Below are positions 30,907 through 39,849 of a stretch of 64,000 bases of DNA, in pieces. Made by a program: the position numbers and the translations under genes. The stretch comes from an uncultured delta proteobacterium (GTDB taxonomy: Bacteria; Desulfobacterota; BSN033; UBA1163). Within the stretch, counting starts at the first letter, position 1; each line of letters opens with the position of its first letter. A model generated the notes under the pieces. It did not search any database and had not been told where the DNA came from. It worked only from the letters and a program-made list of their open reading frames with translations. The stretch is from assembly GCA_963708295.1 (NCBI GenBank), contig CAVPSJ010000004.1, positions 960,001 through 1,024,000 on the forward strand. The letters are read 5' to 3'.

Positions 30907-32010
30907 TTAGACCCCAAGAATCTTATGGCAGGTTTTACAAGGCGTGGGCGGTTCTGGAAGGTTGGGCTCACCAATATTTTTCATTTTCGGACTATCCCAA
31001 AGGGATAGGTAGGACTCTCTGATCGTTTTCTCCCTTTCCACAAAAAGATCTCTGAATCCGACGTAATGACGGTCCTCCCATATTTCTGAGAATGATCTCT
31101 TCATGATATCACCGAAATCCACCTTTTCCACCCAGCATTCTCTGCCACAAAAAATTCTTTTGAAAGGGGAAGCCAAAGGGGGATAAAGATAGACGCAGGG
31201 CGATACTTTCCCGTCTGCAGAGATGTAAAGATTCCTCAGTGGGTTCTCTTCACAGACGGGTACATCGATAGCAGATAGGGACGGTCTCTTAAGTCGAATG
31301 CTCAATTTCCGTGCATTGACTTCTGCCTGTTTTACGATCTCTTCGTATTTGTTCCTAACGCTCTCCCAGACAAAGATCCTCTCTGTTTCCTGCCAGGCGT
31401 TGATCGTATGACAGATATTGGTTAGGGCGACCTCTTCAATTCCTGCTTCTTTAGCAAAAGAGGGAACTGAGGGGACCTCCTCGATATTGTCTTTGACCAT
31501 GAGAAAGACGAGGTGCATCTTGGGTCGAGAAAGACCCTGGCGCTTTTTCTCTTCATGAAAGAGACGAATGGCGTTTAGCACCTCAGGAAGATGGGAGTTG
31601 ACCCGGATGGCATCGTGTGTTTCCGGCGTTGTTCCTGCAATTGAAAAACCAACGAAATCAAGGCCTGCCTCAATGAGCTCCGAGACCCGGCCTTTTGTCA
31701 ATCCTTTCCCGCTGGTGACAAACCCGACCTGGGCTCCCTCTTTTTTAACAAGCCTGATGCATTCGGAAAGATCCTTATGAAGTAGAGATTCCCCCCAACC
31801 TTCGAGAACAACGCTTTCAACCTCCCTCAGGTAGGGAAGGAGTTTTCTGAAATCCTCAAGGGCCATGTCCTGGTATTGCCAGTCGGCGTTTTCTCTGCGG
31901 ATACACATTTTGCATTGAAGAGGACATCGGGTCGTCAACTCAATTTGCCAAGCCGAAAAGGGTTTTCTTATTCCTCTTCGCAGGAACTTTCCAAAAATCT
32001 TTTCAATCAT
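30907..32010 (-). CDS. Radical SAM/SPASM-domain protein
   Basis: CPLQCKMC, GWGE, C-terminal VC..VSPC..CKTC. Confidence 0.9.
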   Translation of the reverse strand: MIEKIFGKFLRRGIRKPFSAWQIELTTRCPLQCKMCIRRENADWQYQDMALEDFRKLLPYLREVESVVLEGWGESLLHKDLSECIRLVKKEGAQVGFVTSGKGLTKGRVSELIEAGLDFVGFSIAGTTPETHDAIRVNSHLPEVLNAIRLFHEEKKRQGLSRPKMHLVFLMVKDNIEEVPSVPSFAKEAGIEEVALTNICHTINAWQETERIFVWESVRNKYEEIVKQAEVNARKLSIRLKRPSLSAIDVPVCEENPLRNLYISADGKVSPCVYLYPPLASPFKRIFCGRECWVEKVDFGDIMKRSFSEIWEDRHYVGFRDLFVEREKTIRESYLSLWDSPKMKNIGEPNLPEPPTPCKTCHKILGV

Positions 32011-32015
32011 TGCCT

Positions 32016-32855
32016 TTATAATTTCTGGAGAAGGGCATCCAGATTTTCCTTTCTTTGGGGACGATAAAAGCAGGAGGCATAAGGAAGAAAGGGGACGCCA
32101 CCCCACTTCTTTTTAAAGAAAGTGACCCCCGTATTAATTCCCAGGCCCAGGTTAATATATTTCTTACTCTCTGTTTTTGCCTGTTTGATCACTTCGGAAA
32201 GAAGAAGATCTGAGGCGCCCGGGACATAAAGGGCGTCTGAACTGAAATTAAACATATAGATGGAATAGTCCCTTGGTTTAAATTCTGCTATATCGAAAGC
32301 AACGAGTTCCCTTCTCTTATTTCTGGCATCGAAGACCCATGCGGTGGGTGAGGATGAGAGATATTCATTGATCTTATTAAAGATGAAACCGGTTTCCTCA
32401 TCCACAGGATGGGTCTTCAGGAATTGCGCGATCATCTTCCTGTGTTCCTCATCAAATGTATTGCTTCTTTCCACAGAGAGTTCTCTGTCCGCCCGTTTTA
32501 ACATATTCCTTAATTTTTGAGAAATGGAGATGGCTGAAAGGTCCAGACGATAGTAATGGTCCGAAGGAGGATGCATGCGATCATTGATGGAAGAAGGGAC
32601 AGAAGGTGCAATCAAGGAGACACTCTCCGGATGGAGGCGCTTGATCCCATCCTCGAGAGCACTTCTCAACCTGTTTTCTTCGAAGGGTTCCTTTAAAGGA
32701 TATCCGACGAAAGTGAAATGGCCTTTCTTAGCATAGCCGAGGAAGTCTCCGAAGAGAAACGGTTCGGCCTGCGAAATGGCGGTGACATATCGCGGAATAT
32801 GCTCCGGGATAAAGGCGTGATCTGAAATATAGTTCTGTTGGGAAGCCGTGATCAT
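32016..32855 (-). CDS. GNAT/Fem-like fold protein
   Basis: AFIPEHI, GASDLL, YINLGLGINTGVTFFKKKWGG; paralog of 33908-34786. Confidence 0.65.
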   Translation of the reverse strand: MITASQQNYISDHAFIPEHIPRYVTAISQAEPFLFGDFLGYAKKGHFTFVGYPLKEPFEENRLRSALEDGIKRLHPESVSLIAPSVPSSINDRMHPPSDHYYRLDLSAISISQKLRNMLKRADRELSVERSNTFDEEHRKMIAQFLKTHPVDEETGFIFNKINEYLSSSPTAWVFDARNKRRELVAFDIAEFKPRDYSIYMFNFSSDALYVPGASDLLLSEVIKQAKTESKKYINLGLGINTGVTFFKKKWGGVPFLPYASCFYRPQRKENLDALLQKL

Positions 32856-33681
32856 GACTCTTCCTGTGTGACTTGATATCCTTCTTCAAGAAATAACTTT
32901 CGAATCCCCGGGATATGGGCCACTCCCACGAAGGCCACCGTCCGTCCCTCTTGAAGAGAGGCCTGGATCCCTTTAAAAAAGATGGGATCTCGCTTCGCAA
33001 GGATGGACTCGCAGCGGGTGGGAAATTCTCCAGTCATGGAGAAGAACTGCCGGATATCTCCTTCCAGGAAAGCCTTCTTGAAGACTTCTTTATGGACTCT
33101 CCAGTTCTTAAAGTGATTGAGATAGTTCACAATGACGCTCAAAGGGGATTCCATCGAGCGCGACCAGTTGGTCCTCGATGGTTTCAAGATATGGCAATTT
33201 TTTTCCCGAGTTTCCGGGCGATGTGAAAAGCTTCCATATCCATCGAGTGTTTCCAGTTCAAAAAGGCGGACCAGATGGCAAAAAAGGTCATCCAGGGACG
33301 GACGCCTCGTGCAAGTTCCTCCAGAGGATCTGAAACGTGTTGGACGGAACATCTCCAAATAGGAGCCGGCCGTCGTGGAAGCCCCCGACTGGGTGGACAG
33401 AAGCAGGTTGATCTCCTTGATGGCGGCCGGCTGAAGGGCCTCGTAAAGAGAGGGAGCATCCTCTCCTTGCTGGCCGTATTGAACGACCCTGGCCATGCTC
33501 TTCTCGTCGAGGGGACCTTCAAAGAGAACTGTTTCCACGCTCTTGAATCAACTTGGTCAGTGATTTCTTAAAACTGTACGGGGAGAAATGGGCTGTTCCG
33601 ACGAGGAAGGAAGTACGATCCATCCTTCTCGACTCTCCATACGGTCCTTAAAGGTTTTTCCTTCCACCAGAAAAGATTCAT
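32852..33681 (-). CDS. TraB/GumN-like protein (frameshifts at 33540-33620)
   Basis: Joined N-terminus VWRVEKDG-RTSFLVGTAHF, then VLFEGP, RD and FVGVAH, a TraB/GumN-like pattern. Confidence 0.6.
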
Positions 33682-33907
33682 ATGAGTTCCTACCCGCTAA
33701 CCATGATAATTACCCAGGTTCATCCTCCCCCTTGAGGGGGTGTCGTCAGGGTGAAGGGTGGGCGGTTGGTCATAAGGATGGGTCCCCCATGCACGGCCCC
33801 GCCCTCATCCCCTGCCTTCGCCGAGAGCGGCTTCGCGCAGGCAGGCGCCAGGGGAGAGGGGGATTGCGCGGTTATTTTCGATATTCGAATTTTGAATTCA
33901 TTTCCCG

Positions 33908-34786
33908 CTAGAGTTTTCCTTCGAGACTTTTGATCAGCGAGAGCGTCCTTGTCGTCCCATAATCACGCTCGCAGAATTCATAGTTGAGGGATGGCATTCC
34001 TCCCCACTTTTCCTTGAATCTTCGTATGCCCTCATTCACTCCCAGTCCGAGATGGATGGTGTGTTTCCCGTGTTCGCGCGTGAGGTTGATCATTTCGAGA
34101 AAGAGAAGGTCAGAGGCATGAGCCACATAATGCTTTTTTGAATGGCAGCCAAGGACATAGGTCGAAAAATTCTTTGCCCCCACTTCAACGACATAGAAGG
34201 CACAGAGCCTCTTCTTCTGGTCCCGCGCGCTCAGGACAACGGCGCCCGAAGAATGAGCCACGTAATCGGGCATCGCACGGTAAAGCTCTCTCACTCTCGG
34301 TGGCAATTTTTCCCTTTTCAGGAGCTCTGCGCCGAGCGCCCGATGTTCCTTTGAAAACGAGCGGGACGTTTCTACCGTCAACTCCTTGGAGACCTTGTCG
34401 GCGATCCGTTGGAGCGAAGGCTTCAACTTCGTCCGCTCGATGTCAAGCGTGTAGTATCGGTCCGTCTCTCTCTCTTTACAGGAGTCCAGAAGAGAAGGGA
34501 GAATCTCAGGCCCGATGAACCAGAGGACCTCCGGTCGGAATGTTTCGACGGCCTGTTTCAAAACCCTCTCGCTTCTCGCCTGAGAAAGATTTCCATCCAG
34601 GGGATATCCGACCAAGATGAGCCAGTTGTCCTTTACAAAACCCAGATGGTCCTCTTTGAGAAAAGGCTCTCCTTTTGAGATGGGCACCATGAGGTTGATG
34701 ATGTGCTCCGGAATATAGGCCCTCTCCAAGACGTATGCTTCCTCTTGAGGGGTAATCACTTTGTCTCTCTCCTCGTACAGGCCCAT
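33908..34786 (-). CDS. GNAT/Fem-like fold protein (paralog)
   Basis: AYIPEHI, HASDLL, IHLGLGVNEGIRRFKEKWGG. Confidence 0.65.
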   Translation of the reverse strand: MGLYEERDKVITPQEEAYVLERAYIPEHIINLMVPISKGEPFLKEDHLGFVKDNWLILVGYPLDGNLSQARSERVLKQAVETFRPEVLWFIGPEILPSLLDSCKERETDRYYTLDIERTKLKPSLQRIADKVSKELTVETSRSFSKEHRALGAELLKREKLPPRVRELYRAMPDYVAHSSGAVVLSARDQKKRLCAFYVVEVGAKNFSTYVLGCHSKKHYVAHASDLLFLEMINLTREHGKHTIHLGLGVNEGIRRFKEKWGGMPSLNYEFCERDYGTTRTLSLIKSLEGKL

Positions 34787-34924
34787 TCTATCTCAGTTTT
34801 GTCCAAATTTCTAAAGGATTTTAATAGAGGTCAGCAGGGAAATGAAAACTCTCCTTTCAAAAATTGGTTGATTTCTTAATTTGATTGCGATTAGATAATA
34901 AAAGGAGGTGAGAAGGATTTGTTC

Positions 34925-34958
34925 AAAAGAAAAGAGGCCAGCCTCCATGACTGGCCCC
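34925..34958 (-). terminator. Rho-independent terminator after the tRNA
   Basis: Minus strand GGGGCCAG..CTGGCCTC followed by TTTTCTTTT. Confidence 0.6.
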
Positions 34959-34968
34959 CTTGAATTTT

Positions 34969-35044
34969 TGGTGGAGCAGACCGGGATCGAACCGGCGGCC
35001 TCCAGAGTGCGATTCTGGCGCTCTCCCAGCTGAGCTACTGCCCC
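34969..35044 (-). tRNA. tRNA-Ala(CGC)
   Basis: GGGGCAGTAGCTCAGCTGGGAGAGCG-CCAGA-AT CGC AC-TCTGG..GGTTCGATCCC..CTGCTCCACCA; 76 nt, G3:U70 pair, encoded CCA. Confidence 0.95.
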
Positions 35045-35175
35045 CTTAATAAAAAACCGCAAAGCGCATGGCGCACAGAGCATAGCGCGTAGAAGAAAAT
35101 AGACACAACTCAAAGAACATTCTCAAAGCGAAAGGTGATCGAAAAACCGCACCCACTAAAACACTTTTTTGAATT

Positions 35176-35532
35176 TCACGATGATCCCAAAAGCTTTCGA
35201 ATCGTGCATTTGAAGTTTGTTAAGTCTGCGCATTTGACAACGTAGGCATCCGAAGCCCAGGTGGTGAGATCCTGCTTGTACTCTCCGTAGGCGGAGCAGA
35301 GGATGATGGGAAGTTGCCTTTCTCTTTCGCGGATGCGTTTCAGGGCTTCCAGGCCGTCCATCCCGGGCATCTTGATATCGAGAGAGATGAGGTCCGGTTT
35401 GAAGGCAAAGAGCTTTTCGAGCGCCTCTTCCCCGTTTCCGGCACACTCCACAATATACCCTTCCTCCTCCAGCTCCTCTTTATAAAGGAAGCGGATACTT
35501 TCCTCATCGTCCACAACTAAGATCTTTTTCAT
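35176..35532 (-). CDS. Single-domain response regulator
   Basis: KILVVDDE, LDIKMPGMDG; start ATG 35532. Confidence 0.9.
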   Translation of the reverse strand: MKKILVVDDEESIRFLYKEELEEEGYIVECAGNGEEALEKLFAFKPDLISLDIKMPGMDGLEALKRIRERERQLPIILCSAYGEYKQDLTTWASDAYVVKCADLTNFKCTIRKLLGSS

Positions 35533-35587
35533 GGGTTTGACTCCTGGACGGGCTCGGCTCCTGCCGTACCCTGCAATGATTCCCACG

Positions 35588-37951
35588 TCAAATAGGTCTG
35601 TCGTTTGCCTCCGCATTCCTGGCTTTTTTCTCTATTCCCACACATGCCGGTAGAGTAACGATGAAATTCACTCCATTGCCTGGGCGATTGTCTACTTCGA
35701 TCTGGCCCCCATGGGAAGTGATAATTCTGTGGACAATCGGCAAGCCCAAACCCAGGCTGGATTCTTTAGTGGAATAGAAGGGGTTAAAGATATTGTGGAG
35801 GTTTTTCGGATCGACCCCCTTCCCGGTATCCTCCACCTCTACCCTCGCATAGGATGAACCATTCTTTGAAAAGGAATGGACGCGCACGGAAAGGATGCCT
35901 TTCTCTTTCATCGCCTGACAGGCGTTATAGATCAGGTTAAGGAAGCTCTGTCTTAATTGAAGCCGATCTCCGAAGACCTTGGGAACCTCTTCTCCAAACT
36001 CCTTGACCAGTTGAATCCTCTGCGAAAGGATTTGCTCTGTAACCGTGGAAAGGCTTTCTTCCAGGACGTCCCGAAGGTCTAATTCTTTGAAGATCAACGA
36101 TTCCTCTCGCGTATACTTGAGGAGGTCGTCGAGAACCCGTTCGAGTCGGCTGACCTCTTTGATAATCGTCTCAGAGTACTTTTTTTCTTGGGACCCCTCC
36201 GGTACGGTCCGATCCAGGCGGCGTGCGAATCCGCCGATGGAGGTGAGAGGATTCTTGATCTCATGCGCAATGCTCGTAGACATTTCGCCCAGAGCCACCA
36301 TCTTTTCCAAATGGATCAATAGCGTCTGGGTTTCTTTGAGCTCCTGATGGACCTCCTCCAGATTTCGATATAGACTGGCGTTTTCGATGGCCAATCCGGC
36401 CTGGTTCGCGAACATGCTCAAAAAATGGATGTCTTCTTCCGTGATAGGATGCTGGTTATAAAGATTGTCCACCAGAATCACACCGATCACTTTTCCTTTT
36501 CCGATCAGGGGGACCGTCGCAAAAGAATAAACCTTGGGGCTTCGACCGAGGTGTCCACCCACATAACATCCCACTTCTGATCCGATATGGCAACCCCTTT
36601 CACACGGGGTTCGAAGGTTTCCCTCTTCGGACGGAGGAAGTTGAATATTGAACGGTTTTCTTTCAAGAACGGTACGCGAAAGAATGCAATGTTCCTGTGT
36701 CAGCGGAATCTGAATTTCTTTGACGGTGGAGTTTAAAGTGGAATGGTCTTCGGGAGAAATTTGGGCGATCAGGTCGGAGGCGCTTCCCTTTCTCTGAGAC
36801 AGGGAACCCCAAATCTTCCCCGCTTCTTCAGCGCTGTCTGGACCGACACCCATCATCCCGTCTAGTACTCGATCTTTCTCCCGGACCAGAAAGAGCATCG
36901 CTCGATTAAACTTCAAGCCTTCTCCGATCGTGATCGCGGTCAGCGTTAAATGCAGGATCCGCTCAAAATTCACGGTGGTCAAAAGGGCCTTATTGAGTTC
37001 CCAGAGGGTGGAAAGCTCTCTCACTCTCTTCTCATGCTCCTGGGCCATCTTGGAGGTTTCATAATGAATCATCGCGTTTTCAATCGCATAGGACATGTGG
37101 GTCGTCATCATCGATAAGAGTTGAAGATCTTTCTCATTGAATTTTGAAGAATCGGAATTCTTATCATAAAAGGCCAGGGTTCCCAACGTCTTCCCTTTCG
37201 AGAAAAACGGGGCGCAAAGGATGGAAAAAGCCGGTTTTTCTTCGCCGAAGTGATCGAAAGAGAGAGGGGTTCGAGTATGGAAGACCCTTTCTGCCACCTT
37301 CTCATCGAGAGGATTTTGATCATAACCCCCCAGGCTGCATTTGACTTCCAACTCCCCGGTCCTTCTGTCTTCGAATCTCAGCACCCCTCCTTTGGCTTTT
37401 AGAATTCTTAAGCCGGTCGTGACGATGAGTTCGAAGAGGTTCTCCAGTTTTAAGGTAGAGGTCACGGCTTCTGCCATTTCACGAAGAGCGGTCAATTCTG
37501 AAATGGTCTCTTCAGTCTTTTGACGGAGATTATCGCTTTTGATCGCTCCTCCGATCACCTCCCCGGCCAGGAGAAGAAGCTCCGTCTCTTCGGGGGAAAA
37601 CCGGTAGTCCTTTGAGAAACCCACGTAGAGAATCCCTTCAAAGGAGGTCCCATCATACAAGGGAATGCAGGCGAAGGTTGGGCGGAGAAGGTCTTCCTCT
37701 TCGAAGGAGATGTTCTCTTTAGGAAGGGAGGCGCCATTTTCTCGCCAGAACGGTTTCTTCTCCGAGGCCACACGGGAAAGAAAACCGGTTTTGTCAATTT
37801 TGTCTGGCTTGAGGAAGAGACATCGTTCCGACGGAAAGGCGCCTGAGATGGCTTGAAGCATCCGATCCAGTTTCATATCGATCGGGAGAGATGAATTGGA
37901 AAGGTGGAGAATCGAATTGAGCAGATCACGGGTATGAAGTGGACCGGACAT
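35588..37951 (-). CDS. Multi-GAF sensor histidine kinase
   Basis: Three GAF-like segments, AHEIKNPL, FNPFYSTK, GLGL. Confidence 0.9.
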   Translation of the reverse strand: MSGPLHTRDLLNSILHLSNSSLPIDMKLDRMLQAISGAFPSERCLFLKPDKIDKTGFLSRVASEKKPFWRENGASLPKENISFEEEDLLRPTFACIPLYDGTSFEGILYVGFSKDYRFSPEETELLLLAGEVIGGAIKSDNLRQKTEETISELTALREMAEAVTSTLKLENLFELIVTTGLRILKAKGGVLRFEDRRTGELEVKCSLGGYDQNPLDEKVAERVFHTRTPLSFDHFGEEKPAFSILCAPFFSKGKTLGTLAFYDKNSDSSKFNEKDLQLLSMMTTHMSYAIENAMIHYETSKMAQEHEKRVRELSTLWELNKALLTTVNFERILHLTLTAITIGEGLKFNRAMLFLVREKDRVLDGMMGVGPDSAEEAGKIWGSLSQRKGSASDLIAQISPEDHSTLNSTVKEIQIPLTQEHCILSRTVLERKPFNIQLPPSEEGNLRTPCERGCHIGSEVGCYVGGHLGRSPKVYSFATVPLIGKGKVIGVILVDNLYNQHPITEEDIHFLSMFANQAGLAIENASLYRNLEEVHQELKETQTLLIHLEKMVALGEMSTSIAHEIKNPLTSIGGFARRLDRTVPEGSQEKKYSETIIKEVSRLERVLDDLLKYTREESLIFKELDLRDVLEESLSTVTEQILSQRIQLVKEFGEEVPKVFGDRLQLRQSFLNLIYNACQAMKEKGILSVRVHSFSKNGSSYARVEVEDTGKGVDPKNLHNIFNPFYSTKESSLGLGLPIVHRIITSHGGQIEVDNRPGNGVNFIVTLPACVGIEKKARNAEANDRPI

Positions 37952-37959
37952 AAGGGTTT

Positions 37960-38146
37960 ACCCCGTTAGAAGGCCCCGCTGCTTGCCCCGTGAGAGGTTT
38001 ATCTCTAAACGGGACGAGCAGCGGGGATGAAAAGTATTCCTTTTTGAGCGAACCCCGTTAGAGATTCATCTCTAAACGGGACGAATACAGAGGTTAAGGC
38101 CCATGTTTGCCTTCCCGTTGGAAAGTAGAGGACTTTCTAACGGGGT
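37960..38146. mobile_element. MITE-like element with terminal inverted repeats and nested internal copies
   Basis: ACCCCGTTAGAA at 37960 and TTCTAACGGGGT ending at 38146; internal CCCG..AGAG..TCTCTAAACGGG copies. Confidence 0.55.
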
Positions 38147-39142
38147 TTATTTCGCCTCCCGCATATACTCTGCCGCTTCCTCGGGAGGGGTGGGATTTAT
38201 ATAGAACCCCGTTCCCCACTCAAATCCTGCCACTTTGGTCAACTTCGGCATGATTTCAATATGCCAATGATAGTGGTCCGCGTCGATCTCCGGGGAGGAG
38301 GAGGTATGAATCACGTAATTGTAAGGAGGATCCGTGAGCACCCGATTCATTCTGTTGAGGGTTTCGGATAGGATTTGAGCGGCGTGCTCATACTGGGAAA
38401 CCTCCATGTGCTCGAAATCGGGGGAATGGGTTTTTGGAAGAATCCATGTTTCAAACGGAAATCGAGAGGCAAAGGGGGCGATGGAGACAAAAAACCTGTT
38501 CTCGGTGATGATGCGATGTTTCTGCTGGAGCTCTTGTCGGATGATATCGCAGAAGACGCACCGGTCTTTATAATGAAAATAGGTTTTTGCCCCTTCAATC
38601 TCTTCGGTCACCCGTTTCGGGACAATCGGGAGAGCAATGATTTGAGAATGGGAATGTTCCAACGAAGCCCCCGCCGCGACGCCATGGTTTTTGAAGACAA
38701 GGACATGTCGAAGGCGCGGGTCGCGCCTCAGATCGATGATCCGATCACGGTAAGCCAGTAGGATATTCTTTACATTCTTGAGCGGCAGGGTGACCAAGGT
38801 CTCTTCATGCCGGGGCGTTTCAACCACGACTTCATGGGCACCGATACCGTTCATTTTATCATAGATCCCTTCCCCTTCACGGTTCAGTTCTCCTTCTATT
38901 CTGAGAGCGGGGAACTTGTTGGAAACGACCCGAAGGGTCCAGCCCGGAGAATTGGGAGGAGTTCCATTGTCTCGGAACGCAAGGACTTCCGGAGGAGTTC
39001 GATCTTCGTTGCCTTCACAGAGGGGGCAGAATCCGCCGGCGGATCTTCGTTCTTCTGGAGGAAAATCCGAGGGTCGCCGGCTCCTCTCGGTGGAGATGAT
39101 CACCCATCTTCCATGGATAGGATCTTTTCTCAGTTCGGGCAT
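38147..39142 (-). CDS. galT: Galactose-1-phosphate uridylyltransferase
   Basis: ELRKDP, CPLCEGNE, NKFPAL, GASLEHSHSQ, AGFEWGTG. Confidence 0.93.
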   Translation of the reverse strand: MPELRKDPIHGRWVIISTERSRRPSDFPPEERRSAGGFCPLCEGNEDRTPPEVLAFRDNGTPPNSPGWTLRVVSNKFPALRIEGELNREGEGIYDKMNGIGAHEVVVETPRHEETLVTLPLKNVKNILLAYRDRIIDLRRDPRLRHVLVFKNHGVAAGASLEHSHSQIIALPIVPKRVTEEIEGAKTYFHYKDRCVFCDIIRQELQQKHRIITENRFFVSIAPFASRFPFETWILPKTHSPDFEHMEVSQYEHAAQILSETLNRMNRVLTDPPYNYVIHTSSSPEIDADHYHWHIEIMPKLTKVAGFEWGTGFYINPTPPEEAAEYMREAK

Positions 39143-39172
39143 AGGGACTCGTCTTGAGAAGGAAAGGTGGGC

Positions 39173-39571
39173 TTAGGAGGGAAAACTTCTTTTGACCTTT
39201 GTCCCTCTTTGCCTCTCCATTCGTTCTTGATTTTCTCCTTCGGTTTTGCATTCAATACACAGCGTGGTCACCGGTCTCGCCATCAGTCTTTTTTCAGAGA
39301 TAGGCTTCCCACAGGACTCGCAAATTCCAAATGTTCCGTTATCCACCCGGTCCATGGCTTCTTTGACTTTCGTGATCAACTTTCTCTCACGGTCCTTAAT
39401 TCTCAGGAGGAAATTCCGGTCCGATTCCAAAGAGGCCCGGTCGGTCGGGTCGGGAAAGTCCCCTTTGCTGTCCTGGCGCATATCCGTAGCTGTCTTTCCG
39501 GCTTCCACCAGGAGGTCATGGAGCATTCCCTCGAGCAATCCCTTAAAATAAAGAAGCTTTTCTTGATCCAT
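39173..39571 (-). CDS. dksA: RNA polymerase-binding protein DksA
   Basis: PDPTDRA, CESC..RLMARPVTTLCIECK. Confidence 0.93.
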   Translation of the reverse strand: MDQEKLLYFKGLLEGMLHDLLVEAGKTATDMRQDSKGDFPDPTDRASLESDRNFLLRIKDRERKLITKVKEAMDRVDNGTFGICESCGKPISEKRLMARPVTTLCIECKTEGENQERMERQRGTKVKRSFPS

Positions 39572-39849
39572 TCAAACTCTCCCGAGGGGCTCGGACCCTC
39601 AAAAGAAGCAAGGGTTAAACGTCTAATCTACTTATATTAATATATCTTTTCGAGAAAAATCAAATGATAAATGAAGCGGTTCCCCGGCTGATCGACCTCA
39701 TGGCTTCACGAAAATGGAAATAGGGAATATTCCTTCTTAACGTTCGATTTGACACAGGTTTGTGAATCGAATACTATTCCTATGATCAGGTTAAACAAAG
39801 CAGGGACGGCCTTCTTCGACGTCCAACGACACGAAGGTGAAATAAATCC

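Noticed and set aside
34969-35044. tRNA as an integration site for a genomic island
   Set aside because: No adjacent integrase and no duplicated tRNA 3' end seen in the window.
34811-35113. 100-aa ORF
   Set aside because: Spans the tRNA-Ala gene and a repeat; spurious.
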